This document shows positions 18,558 to 27,447 of a DNA stretch of 64,000 nucleotides, one piece after another. Source of the stretch: an uncultured Christensenella sp. (GTDB taxonomy: Bacteria; Bacillota; Clostridia; Christensenellales; UBA3700); contig CAJTVJ010000005.1 of the NCBI GenBank assembly GCA_910579785.1, positions 4,385 through 68,384 of the forward strand, in the 5' to 3' direction. The position numbers and the translations under genes were made by a program. Each line of letters opens with the position of its first letter. Position 1 is the first letter of the stretch. The notes below the pieces were generated by a model. The model saw only the letters and a program-made list of their open reading frames with translations, made no database searches and was not told the origin of the DNA.

Positions 18558-19577
18558 TTAAAGCTGAGGTATGATTTCATAATAATTCCCTTGTGTTTTC
18601 CTTATCACTCCGCAAATTTCAAGTTGCGTCAATATTCCCGACAGCTGACCGATATTTATTGCCGTAGCGTCAAATATCTCGTCAAAGTGCTTTGCTCCCT
18701 CTTGCAGCAAATCAACTATCGACTGGCTGTCCATATCCAGCTGTATAGCAATTTTATCTTCTTTGACGGCATTCCTGCCGAAAGCAAATATTACGTCGTC
18801 AGGCGTAATAGCTATCGTAGCCTGCAACTCCTTTATCTTTTTGTTGCACCCAACGCTTTGCTGCGAAAAGATACTGCCCGGTACGACAAAGAGTTCTTTG
18901 CCTTGCTCTATCGCATAGTCCGCTGTGATCAGCGAGCCGCTTCTGTCGCCGGCTTCGGGTATGAATACCGCATGCGCCAGCGCGCTTATTATCCTATTGC
19001 GCTCAGGAAAGTGATATTGCAGCGGCTTTGTACCCATAGGGTATTCGCTGATTATCAATCCCTTATCGACAATTTGCTGTTGCAAATTTAGATTTTCCGG
19101 CGGATAGCATATGTCAAGTCCGTTGGCCACGACGGCAATCGTCCTCGCGCCCTGTTCAATACACGCCTTATGTCCTATGCTGTCAACTCCTCTCGCAAGT
19201 CCGCTGACCACTGTAAGTCCCGATTTGATAAACGCGGGAAGAAAGTTGCTCATTACATTCTTGCCGTATGCGCTGACCTTTCTAGTGCCCACCACCGCCA
19301 CGGTATCTTTGTCGTTTAAAAGCGACTTATCACCTTGATAATACAGCGTATACGGAGGGTCGTATATCTCTTTAAGCCTCTGCGGATAGTCGTCGTCAAG
19401 TATTGTTATCACGCCGATATTTCTGCTCTCCATCTTGGCTATCATTTTGTCAGCCACGCTGTAATCGTCATAAAGCTCGCAAGGTCTGTCCACACTGTCA
19501 AAGCGTCTCTTCCTCGCATTGTAGCCCTCTGTGACGGATAGCATTATCAAAGCCTTTTGGTCAGATGTATATTCCAT
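18558..19577 (-). CDS. dprA: DNA-processing protein DprA
   Basis: 339 aa with the DprA Rossmann-like core (VVSGLARGVDSIGHKA, GSLITADYAIEQGKELFVVPG). Confidence 0.9.
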   Translation of the reverse strand: MEYTSDQKALIMLSVTEGYNARKRRFDSVDRPCELYDDYSVADKMIAKMESRNIGVITILDDDYPQRLKEIYDPPYTLYYQGDKSLLNDKDTVAVVGTRKVSAYGKNVMSNFLPAFIKSGLTVVSGLARGVDSIGHKACIEQGARTIAVVANGLDICYPPENLNLQQQIVDKGLIISEYPMGTKPLQYHFPERNRIISALAHAVFIPEAGDRSGSLITADYAIEQGKELFVVPGSIFSQQSVGCNKKIKELQATIAITPDDVIFAFGRNAVKEDKIAIQLDMDSQSIVDLLQEGAKHFDEIFDATAINIGQLSGILTQLEICGVIRKTQGNYYEIIPQL

Positions 19578-19580
19578 ATG

Positions 19581-21113
19581 CTAATCCCAATATTTCCTAT
19601 CCAAAGAGCGATATTGTATCGCCTCTGCGACGTGCTTTGGCTGTATGTCCTGACTGCCGTCTAAGTCGGCTATCGTACGGGATACTTTGAGCACCCGGTT
19701 GGTAGCTCTCGCCGTCAAGTTGAGCTTGGTAAAAGCATTTTTCAAAAGCTCCTCGCCTGCCTTATCCAACTCGCAGTACTTGCGCACCTGCGCATTTGTC
19801 ATTTCGTCGTTTGTCTTGGTAGACGTGCCGACGTATCTGTTGCGCTGCACCGTCCTTGCCTTTTCCACACGCGCCTTGATAGATTCGCTGCTCTCGTTCA
19901 ATTCGCTGCTTCTGAATTCGTCATACGATATGCTGTCGACTTCTATCTGCAAGTCTATTCTGTCAAGCAGCGGACCGGAGAGTTTGGATATGTATCTGTG
20001 TATCTCCGACGGAGTGCATTTGCACTGCTGTACCTTAGAGCCCAAGTTGCCGCACGGACAGGGATTCATACTCGCCACCAACATAAATCTTGACGGATAT
20101 TCAAGAGTGCGCTTTGCCCTCGACACCACCGCGACTCCGTCTTCAAGCGGCTGTCTCAACGTCTCCAACGTGCGCCTTTGATACTCTGGCATCTCGTCTA
20201 GAAACAACACTCCGTTGTGCGCCATGCTTATTTCGCCCGGTCTTGCATTTGCTCCGCCGCCCATCAACGCCGGCACTGTCGCCGTGTGGTGCGGAGTTCT
20301 GAAAGGTCTGTTGACGACTATGCCCACGCTGTCGTCGAGTATGCCTGCGACCGAATGTATCTTCGTCACCTCAATAGCTTCTTCAAAAGTCATATCGGGC
20401 ATTATCGTAGGCACGCACTTTGCCATCATGGTCTTGCCTGCTCCCGGCGGTCCTATCAAAAGCACGTTGTGTCCGCCTGCTACGGCGATCTCCAACGCTC
20501 TCTTTGCGACAAACTGTCCTTTGACCTCCGCAAAGTCAACGTTGTATTTATTGGCTCTGCTTATCGACACAAATTCGCTCGTCTCCAACGGTTCGACTTG
20601 ACTTGCGCCCGTCAAGAATTCTACTACCTGCGAAAGTTTGTCAAAGGCATACACCTCGATTCCGCCTATATAGCTTGCCTCTTTGGCATTCTTTGAGGGC
20701 AATATAAATTTCTTATGTCCGTTCTGTATCGCGGAGATTATAAGCGGCAGCACGCCCCGTATTGAGTTTATCGACCCGTCCAAAGACAGCTCTCCCAATA
20801 TTATATAGTCTTTGTATGACTTGCTTTCAATCTCCTCGTTTGCCACGAGTATACCGACGGCGATAGCCAAATCAAAATGCGATCCTTCCTTCTTGGTATC
20901 CGCAGGCGCAAGATTGATAGTGATCTTGCGTATGGGATAATTGTAAAGGCTGTTTTTGATAGCCGCCCTCACCCTCTCTTTTGATTCTTTGACAGCCGTA
21001 TCGGCAAGCCCGACGGTGTCGTATGCGGGAAGACCGGCATTCAAATCTACTTCGATTGCGACTTCATATCCCTCGACGCCGTTGAGCGCATAACTCTTTG
21101 TCTTTGCAAGCAT
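19581..21113 (-). CDS. comM: YifB/ComM family Mg-chelatase-like ATPase
   Basis: 510 aa with a Lon-like N-domain, Walker A GPPGAGKTM and the FLDEMPE box. Confidence 0.93.
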   Translation of the reverse strand: MLAKTKSYALNGVEGYEVAIEVDLNAGLPAYDTVGLADTAVKESKERVRAAIKNSLYNYPIRKITINLAPADTKKEGSHFDLAIAVGILVANEEIESKSYKDYIILGELSLDGSINSIRGVLPLIISAIQNGHKKFILPSKNAKEASYIGGIEVYAFDKLSQVVEFLTGASQVEPLETSEFVSISRANKYNVDFAEVKGQFVAKRALEIAVAGGHNVLLIGPPGAGKTMMAKCVPTIMPDMTFEEAIEVTKIHSVAGILDDSVGIVVNRPFRTPHHTATVPALMGGGANARPGEISMAHNGVLFLDEMPEYQRRTLETLRQPLEDGVAVVSRAKRTLEYPSRFMLVASMNPCPCGNLGSKVQQCKCTPSEIHRYISKLSGPLLDRIDLQIEVDSISYDEFRSSELNESSESIKARVEKARTVQRNRYVGTSTKTNDEMTNAQVRKYCELDKAGEELLKNAFTKLNLTARATNRVLKVSRTIADLDGSQDIQPKHVAEAIQYRSLDRKYWD

Positions 21114-21133
21114 AATATTCCCCGCCTAAATCT

Positions 21134-23239
21134 TTAAGCCTTCTTTGACTTCTTTTTCTTTGATACCGCCTTGACGGTCTCTTGCGTCTTTGCTTCTTCC
21201 GCTCCCTCGTCGCTTATGTCTCTCTCTTTTTCAATGAGTAAGACGTTGGACGCCAAAGTCGCGTCGACTGCGACGTACAGCAGATAGAAAGTCGCCGCAA
21301 CGGTTATGATACTGAATATTATCAAGAAAGCATTCTTGCTCTCAAAGCTCAACCAAGTCGCATTGTCCACGCCGCCTATATATCCGCTTCTCGACAGCAA
21401 CTGCGCAAAGTTGAGGAAAGACAGCGTCGCAAGCGCGCCTGTGGTAATATAAAGTCTTATGTCAGGTGTGATTATCAAGTATATGAGTATCAGCGCAAGA
21501 CCTATCGGCATGATGTCAAGCGTGCTTTGCGCGCCGATTGCCGAATATGCAACAAGCATTACGCCTGAGAGCAAAACCAAATCAAGTCGGTTGGCTGTGC
21601 GGATATAGTGATATATCACGTACGCGCTCATTGCAATGACGAACAGCCAATTGCCTATATCGAGTATCAATATGTCGGGTCTCATCTTTCCGCCTGCCGC
21701 AAATATCGAATAGATATTGAAAGTATCCTCGGAAAGTTTTGGATTGGCAGATTCAAAGAAACCGTACATTCTCGTAAATACAGTGAATACGCTTCCCTTT
21801 GCGACTTGCTCCCAGCATAGCGGCAAGGACAGCAAGTAGAACGCTACAAAACATCCTGCCATAGTCAACGCTATTTTCAACACCGAAGTCTTATCAGTCG
21901 CTATTGCGTAAATCTGATAAAGCAGTATCACAGGCAAAAGCACCAGCGCATAATTGCTGAACGCAAGCGCAAGCGTATAATATATTCCCGAGGAGACGTA
22001 GCTCTTTTGCAGCATTGCAAGCGACATTGCCACCAAGAATGCCATTGCTATCGTCTGATAGGAACCGTATAGCGTACCGAAGAGGAAGAATACCGGCAGT
22101 ATCGCATATATAAAACCGTACGTCACCGCCATTCTCTCATTTTGATACTTGGCAGCGCATGAGAAGATCATATAGCATATTGTCAAATCAGCTATCACCA
22201 TGGGCATTCTCACCAAAATCGAATATCCCACGGCTTCCATATTCAAAGCCTTGCCGACATATCCCAAAATTCCCATAAGCCATATGATACCCTGCGGCTC
22301 GTAGGTCGATTGAGAATAATAGGACAAAATTCCGTTGTCAGCAACTCCTCTTGCAAGATTTATCCATTGGTCGATATTAGCGTTGCCTTCTGCCGACGCA
22401 AGCACCGTGATAAATCTCACGGCAAATGCAGCCAAAAGTACGTATATAAATTTTGCGGTGCTTCCCGTCATTGTGTTGAGGAACTTGTCGCCGCCCGTAA
22501 TTCCGTCGTTGGGCTTCATACCGACTTTGTTTTGCAAAATGCTCTTTATCATAAAGAACATACCGACCGTAATGCCTGCCGAAACAAGCGTAAAGATGAT
22601 GACGAACGTAATAGATCCGCCGCTTGCCATGTCGTAGCCTTCCGTCATTCTCAATATCACGGGGTCTACGTCGTCGGGGGCATTCTCAACTTTCTCGATA
22701 GAGATGTTGTCAAAGCTAACGTTGCCGCTCGCCGAATTATTTGGCTTGCCGACGGCAACGACCAAAGTCACGTTGCCTTTGACAGACGACGTGAAATATT
22801 GAGTATACTCCGTCCAGCCTTCGTTGGCTTCGTCCAAAATCACGCCTACGCTGTCTATCGAATCTTCAAAGAATACTCCGGCAGTGCCGCTTAGCGATTG
22901 CGCGTTGATGTATGCAGAGAGCTTGTACACCGCATTCTTTTCAAGCTTGACTTCTTTGCTTATGTTGTAATATCCCGACGAAGAGGGATTAAATCTGACA
23001 TATCTCTTGCCAAGCGCGGAGTCATACTCGCTAGTCTGCGATTCGTTACGCATCCAAATAGGAGTTGTTCCCGGTTTTATTGTCCACCCTTCCGCAAGCG
23101 TCTCTTGCGAATTATAATTTTCAAAATTACCGTTGGCGACAATGTTCTCGTCATAATCGGTTTTGTTGTTGCAACCTGCCAATATAGCAATAGCAAGGAT
23201 GACAATCATAATGATAACTAAGAGTTTTTTGCTTTTCAT
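21134..23239 (-). CDS. Lipoprotein-anchored carbohydrate-binding-like domain fused to a polytopic GT-C/PMT-like membrane domain
   Basis: I prefer the start at MKSKKLLVIIMIVILAIAILAGCNN (lipobox LAGC, ATG 23239-23237). The N-terminal NGNFE...GWT region resembles a CBM4_9-type jelly roll. It is followed by more than 10 predicted TM helices. Confidence 0.7.
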   Translation of the reverse strand: MKSKKLLVIIMIVILAIAILAGCNNKTDYDENIVANGNFENYNSQETLAEGWTIKPGTTPIWMRNESQTSEYDSALGKRYVRFNPSSSGYYNISKEVKLEKNAVYKLSAYINAQSLSGTAGVFFEDSIDSVGVILDEANEGWTEYTQYFTSSVKGNVTLVVAVGKPNNSASGNVSFDNISIEKVENAPDDVDPVILRMTEGYDMASGGSITFVIIFTLVSAGITVGMFFMIKSILQNKVGMKPNDGITGGDKFLNTMTGSTAKFIYVLLAAFAVRFITVLASAEGNANIDQWINLARGVADNGILSYYSQSTYEPQGIIWLMGILGYVGKALNMEAVGYSILVRMPMVIADLTICYMIFSCAAKYQNERMAVTYGFIYAILPVFFLFGTLYGSYQTIAMAFLVAMSLAMLQKSYVSSGIYYTLALAFSNYALVLLPVILLYQIYAIATDKTSVLKIALTMAGCFVAFYLLSLPLCWEQVAKGSVFTVFTRMYGFFESANPKLSEDTFNIYSIFAAGGKMRPDILILDIGNWLFVIAMSAYVIYHYIRTANRLDLVLLSGVMLVAYSAIGAQSTLDIMPIGLALILIYLIITPDIRLYITTGALATLSFLNFAQLLSRSGYIGGVDNATWLSFESKNAFLIIFSIITVAATFYLLYVAVDATLASNVLLIEKERDISDEGAEEAKTQETVKAVSKKKKSKKA

Positions 23240-23263
23240 AGCCTGCCCCATTAAAAATATTCT

Positions 23264-23301
23264 TTTATATTCATAATAAATGATTATTGTCAATTTGACA
23301 A
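23264..23301 (-). promoter_or_regulatory. Promoter-like region containing a perfect 15-bp palindrome TTGTCAA-T-TTGACAA
   Basis: The palindrome at 23287-23301 supplies TTGACA in both directions. On the minus strand TTGACA (23293-23288) is followed after 17-18 nt by TATAAA (about 23269-23264), upstream of the 21134..23239 gene. Confidence 0.4.
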
Positions 23302-23371
23302 GTACTTAAATAAAATTTCTTAAAATAATTATAATATTATAATATATATGCAAAAACTTTTAAAGATTTCT

Positions 23372-23695
23372 CTATGATTTTAAATTGCTTTTCATTGCTT
23401 GGATATAAATGTACAACGCCTCTTTTTCGCAAGACGACAGCCCTCTCCACTCTTCCAATAACCTTTCTTGCGACAAAGTAAGCTTTTGATTATCATCTTT
23501 GAATAATTCTCCCAAAGCAACGTCTAAAAATGCACACATCTTTTCCAATGCAGAAATTGAAGGACTTGATTTTTGACTTTTCCAATCTGAAAATAAATGA
23601 GAAGTCAATCCAGAAAGCTTCAATAATGTTGACATTTTTATATTTTTTTCTTTACATATCAATTCAATATTTTCAATAATTTTTGCAACATCCAT
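23372..23695 (-). CDS. XRE-family helix-turn-helix protein (paralog 1 of 3)
   Basis: 107 aa with an HTH region and a C-terminal LTLSQERLLEEWRGLSSCEKEALYIYI motif shared with the two neighbours. Confidence 0.8.
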   Translation of the reverse strand: MDVAKIIENIELICKEKNIKMSTLLKLSGLTSHLFSDWKSQKSSPSISALEKMCAFLDVALGELFKDDNQKLTLSQERLLEEWRGLSSCEKEALYIYIQAMKSNLKS

Positions 23696-23696
23696 G

Positions 23697-24011
23697 TTAA
23701 TCTCTCTTCAAAACTTTAAATGTATCTATCATGCTAAATATAGCTTTCTTTTCCAAATCTGACAATACAAACCATTCTTGCAAAATCTTGTTTTCCTCAT
23801 CAGACAACTTATATGACTGAACTCCGCAAAAAAATTGTTCGGCAGTAATATCCATTGCATCACAGACTTTCAATACATTTTCCAAAGATGGAATCGCACC
23901 TTTATTCCAGTCATATATGGTATTGGTAGAAATTCCTGTTTGTTTAGAAAGAGCGTAAGCAGTCCATCCTTTTTTGCTCATCAATTCATTTATTCTTGCG
24001 ATTATATCCAT
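23697..24011 (-). CDS. XRE-family helix-turn-helix protein (paralog 2 of 3)
   Basis: 104 aa. Contains KKGWTAYALSKQTGISTNTIYDWNKG (HTH_3-like) and C-terminal LSDEENKILQEWFVLSDLEKKAIF. Confidence 0.85.
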   Translation of the reverse strand: MDIIARINELMSKKGWTAYALSKQTGISTNTIYDWNKGAIPSLENVLKVCDAMDITAEQFFCGVQSYKLSDEENKILQEWFVLSDLEKKAIFSMIDTFKVLKRD

Positions 24012-24031
24012 ATCTAAACTCCCTAATTTCT

Positions 24032-24349
24032 TTACTTTCTTAAAATTTTAAATACCTCAATTATTTTGAAAATTGCTTGTTTCTCTATTTCGCTTAATAT
24101 CATCCATTCCTGCAAAAGTCTATCCTCTTCTTCTGTCAGCTTATATGCACCGTTTTCGCAAAAAAACTGCTCCAACGTGATATTCAGAGCTTCACACAGA
24201 CGTTCTATGTTTGATAGTGACGGCATTGCGCCTGTCCTATACCAAGCATAAACAGCGTTGGTCGATACTCCTAAACACTTTGCTAGTTCATACTTACTCC
24301 ACCCTTTTTTGTTTCGCAAATCGTCAATTCTAGCTAAAATTAAATTCAT
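24032..24349 (-). CDS. XRE-family helix-turn-helix protein (paralog 3 of 3)
   Basis: 105 aa. Contains KKGWSKYELAKCLGVSTNAVYAWYRTG and C-terminal LTEEEDRLLQEWMILSEIEKQAIF. By eye roughly half the residues are identical to paralog 2. Confidence 0.85.
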   Translation of the reverse strand: MNLILARIDDLRNKKGWSKYELAKCLGVSTNAVYAWYRTGAMPSLSNIERLCEALNITLEQFFCENGAYKLTEEEDRLLQEWMILSEIEKQAIFKIIEVFKILRK

Positions 24350-24568
24350 GTAAATACCTCGTTATAGACAAATAATATTACTAACGAAATATTTATATAT
24401 AGCGTAATGCTTGTTACTTGAATATTGGTTTAAATTAATATCGACCAAATTTTCTTATTATATTAGTTTTTAGACATAAAAACATAAAAATCGACAAAAT
24501 AATCCATTTTTCTATTACTTTTAAGTGATATATTTATTACAAGTAAACTTAACAAAAGGAGAAAAATC

Positions 24569-25314
24569 ATGAACGATTTATTTGAATCCACACTAAGGAA
24601 TGTAATAAATAAAGTAACTCTTAACTCTCTTATTAACAATTATGCACTAGAAAATGTGGTTGTTGGAAAAACTTTGCCAAATATGAAAATTGATTTCGAT
24701 AGCTATATTAATGACTTAAATCTTCAATATCTAGATCCGCAAGACAATAGAAAATATATATGTGGCTCGATAGTGAATGAAGATGAATTCATATTCAATA
24801 AATCTATTGATGAATATTTTATGGAGTTCTTTTCATCTAAAATTAAACAATTATTTGCTTTTGAAATAAAAACATCACCAAAATATGCGGAAGATTTTTT
24901 CCCATTTAATTCATCACTAAAATCTTATTTTCAATTTATTTTTTCAAAGAAATTGCACTTATAGAGCCTTTATACTCTGCTTATGACTTAATATCTCCAT
25001 ACAGAGATTATGATACATACTTAAACTCTATAAATAATATTTCAAAATTTGTAATAGCAATAAAATCTAAGAATTTAAAACAAGGCGCTTGTGTAGATAA
25101 GTATTTTAAAAACATTATTGAAATTCCTAAATATTTGAAAAGATTAATTAAAAAAGCAAACAATCACTATTTGCTCGCAAATAATGATACATCTAGCCTC
25201 GATTATATTGTAGCTTTGATATCAAGTTTTCCCTTTTATAAATATGAAAATAAAAAATTATTTGAAATAAAAGCTGAATTTTGGAGAATAAAAAAACTTG
25301 AAAATGTATCTTAA
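24569..25314 (+). pseudogene. Orphan hypothetical gene interrupted by an apparent frameshift in a T6 run (or a sequencing error / slippage site)
   Basis: ORF 24569..24964 (AAAGGAG RBS) stops at TAG. A second frame is open from 24910 to TAA 25312-25314 (116+ codons without a stop in very AT-rich DNA, and no ATG, so it is absent from the ORF track). The two frames overlap across TTTATTTTTTC (24935-24945). Confidence 0.5.
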
Positions 25315-25321
25315 TACAAAA

Positions 25322-25341
25322 CGCACGCCTTTCGACGTGCG
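25322..25341. terminator. Bidirectional hairpin terminator between the + strand orphan gene and rplS
   Basis: Stem CGCACG / CGTGCG with loop CCTTTCGA. Flanked by AAAA (left) and TTTTGTT (right). Confidence 0.65.
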
Positions 25342-25348
25342 CATTTTG

Positions 25349-25693
25349 TTATTTAACGATTTCTCTAAGTCTTGCAGCCTTGCCGAACTTATTACGCAAG
25401 TAATAAAGTTTTGCTCTTCTGACTCTGCCGTGACGAACTATCTTGATGCTGTCAATCTTTGGTGAGTGAAGCGGGAAAGTTCTCTCTACGCCTATACCGA
25501 AAGATACTCTTCTTACAGTAAAAGTCTCTCTGATACTTCCGTTCTTAAAAGCAATTATTACGCCCTCAAACGCCTGGATTCTCTCCTTGTCGCCCTCTTT
25601 GATCTTTACGTTGACTCTTACCGTGTCACCGATAGCGAGTTTAGGAAGATCGGTACGCATTCCTTCTTTTTCTACTATATCAACTATGTTCAT
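25349..25693 (-). CDS. rplS: 50S ribosomal protein L19
   Basis: 115 aa starting [27 protein letters not shown]... with GGAGG RBS. The ORF-track start at 25897 is an upstream in-frame extension. Confidence 0.95.
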   Translation of the reverse strand: MNIVDIVEKEGMRTDLPKLAIGDTVRVNVKIKEGDKERIQAFEGVIIAFKNGSIRETFTVRRVSFGIGVERTFPLHSPKIDSIKIVRHGRVRRAKLYYLRNKFGKAARLREIVK

Positions 25694-25781
25694 TTGACTT
25701 ACCTCCATTTTAAAACGAAATATTCTTGTACGGTCTGAGATTTTTTCCGACAGAGGAATACCCGAAGTCATTGACTTGAAT

Positions 25782-25810
25782 ATTTTAGCATTAAAAATGA
25801 TATATTGCAA
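25782..25810 (-). promoter_or_regulatory. Sigma-A-type promoter of rplS, followed by a leader of about 90 nt
   Basis: Minus strand: TTGCAA (25810-25805), 17-nt spacer, TAAAAT (25787-25782). The leader can pair GGUAUUC with GAAUAUU. An L19-leader-like function is only a guess. Confidence 0.5.
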
Positions 25811-25893
25811 GCATTTTGCATAGCTTTTTTGTATATTTTTATATAAAATTTTACCTTTGTTAAAGATTTTACGTAAAGTGTAAGGGATTAGAT

Positions 25894-26430
25894 TCAACTC
25901 GATTAGACCTCTCCGCGTAGGGCGTAAGGAGCGAAGCGACGGAATAGCGAGCCAGCGGTAGCGTCTTGGGCGAGCGTCGGTGACGATTATATCCCAAGTA
26001 ATAGAATCTTATATTAAAATACACAATCACTTAGCAAAGCAAACTAATTGATAATCATACAGTCGTACTGACCAAACGAAAAGGCACGCTTACGCTACAT
26101 TTTGTCGGTACTTTTCAATTCGATTAGACCTCTCCGCGTTGGTCGAGGTGACTAGATATGTCAAAACATAAGTCATTTCGACCGTAGTGTAACGAAGCGG
26201 AGAAATCTCAACGAGTTAAAACAGTATGGTCACTTCGAGCGTAGTCGAGAAGTCTCAACGAGTTGAAAAACAAGCGGATGAGATTTCTCCGTTACAGTCG
26301 AAATGACATAACTTACGTAAAGTTGACGGTCGTAGTGGATATGTAACTTCGGTCGAGGTGACCATATTTTACTTATAGCTAACCAAACTTTAAGTCATTT
26401 CAGCGTAGTCGAGAAGTCTCATCCACTTCA
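25894..26430. repeat. Mosaic repeat cluster D (largest): H-L (CC) + linker + K + six further hairpin units or fragments in mixed orientation
   Basis: Units: H-L 25894-25997; K 26016-26114; H CC 26115-26153; reverse H TT 26170-26220; reverse H CT 26225-26267; H TT 26274-26308; 3' arm fragment 26347-26367; reverse hybrid 26392-26430. Confidence 0.9.
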
Positions 26431-26440
26431 TAATATTCAG

Positions 26441-26779
26441 TCAAAACGCGTCCTTAGTATGAGTTATCTCGCCTCTTAAAATTTCTATGACGTCAAATCT
26501 GCAATATCTATTCGTCATTCTTTTAGCCGACAGATACCACTCTGCCGTTCTCTTTATACTACGAACCTTTTGATACGTAATACTCTCTATCGGCTGACCG
26601 AATTTGGTATTGTCTCTCGCTTTCACTTCAACAAAAACCAACGTGTCTTTATCTTCTGCGATTATGTCGATTTCGCCTACTTTGGTATTAAAGTTGCGCT
26701 CTAATATGACGTACCCGTGCTTTTTAAGATATTCAACGGCGGCATTTTCGCCCTCGATACCCGACCTGCGATTATTCAT
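26441..26779 (-). CDS. YraN-family endonuclease (UPF0102)
   Basis: GEIDIIAEDKDTLVFVEVKAR motif. I prefer the start at MNNRRSGIEG (ATG 26779-26777, GGAG RBS), which overlaps the end of rnhB. Confidence 0.85.
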   Translation of the reverse strand: MNNRRSGIEGENAAVEYLKKHGYVILERNFNTKVGEIDIIAEDKDTLVFVEVKARDNTKFGQPIESITYQKVRSIKRTAEWYLSAKRMTNRYCRFDVIEILRGEITHTKDAF

Positions 26780-27416
26780 TTTCTGCTCCGTTGTTGACAA
26801 AATTTCTTATAAAACTTTTGCGGTGTATAGGACACTGCCCAATGCTTTTCAGCGCGGCGATATGTTTTGGAGATCCGTATCCCTTGTTGGATGCAAAGTC
26901 GTATTGAGGATATTTCTCGCTCATCTCCACCATATATCTATCCCTCGTCACTTTGGCGATTATAGAGGCGCAGGCAATCGTATAGCTCTTTGCATCGCCC
27001 TTTATAATGGCGTCAATGGGATATTTGCATTGCAAATTCACTGCGTCGACAAGCACGATATCCGGCGACACCGACAATCCGTCGACAGCCCTCTGCATAC
27101 ATCTCTTGGTGGCTTGCAATATGTTGATTTCGTCAATGGTTTTTTCGTCAGCCCACTCGATTTTATAAGCTATTGCCTTTTGAATTATCTTGTCAAAAAG
27201 TATCTCTCTATTTTTCTCGCTGACCTTTTTTGAGTCGTTGACTCCTTGTATTATATCGCAATCGTCAAGCGGCATTATCACGCTTGCTACGACCACCGGA
27301 CCGGCAAGCGGACCTCTTCCCACTTCGTCTACGCCTGCAATATATCTCTTCCCTTCTCTCAAATACTTATGCTCGTATTCAAGCATAGTAAAAGTGTCGT
27401 GTTTTGTCCTTGCCAT
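26772..27416 (-). CDS. rnhB: Ribonuclease HII
   Basis: IAGVDEVGRGPLAGPVV catalytic motif. I prefer the start at MARTKHD (ATG 27416-27414) behind GAGAGGAG. Confidence 0.9.
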   Translation of the reverse strand: MARTKHDTFTMLEYEHKYLREGKRYIAGVDEVGRGPLAGPVVVASVIMPLDDCDIIQGVNDSKKVSEKNREILFDKIIQKAIAYKIEWADEKTIDEINILQATKRCMQRAVDGLSVSPDIVLVDAVNLQCKYPIDAIIKGDAKSYTIACASIIAKVTRDRYMVEMSEKYPQYDFASNKGYGSPKHIAALKSIGQCPIHRKSFIRNFVNNGAENE

Positions 27417-27447
27417 TTTCTCCTCTCGTCTAGCGCCTGCAATGATT

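Noticed and set aside
25894-26430. CRISPR array interpretation of the clustered repeats
   Set aside because: The units are hairpins in alternating orientation. Their spacing is irregular, the linkers themselves are conserved, and there are several sequence subtypes. There are no direct repeats with unique spacers, and no cas genes in the window.
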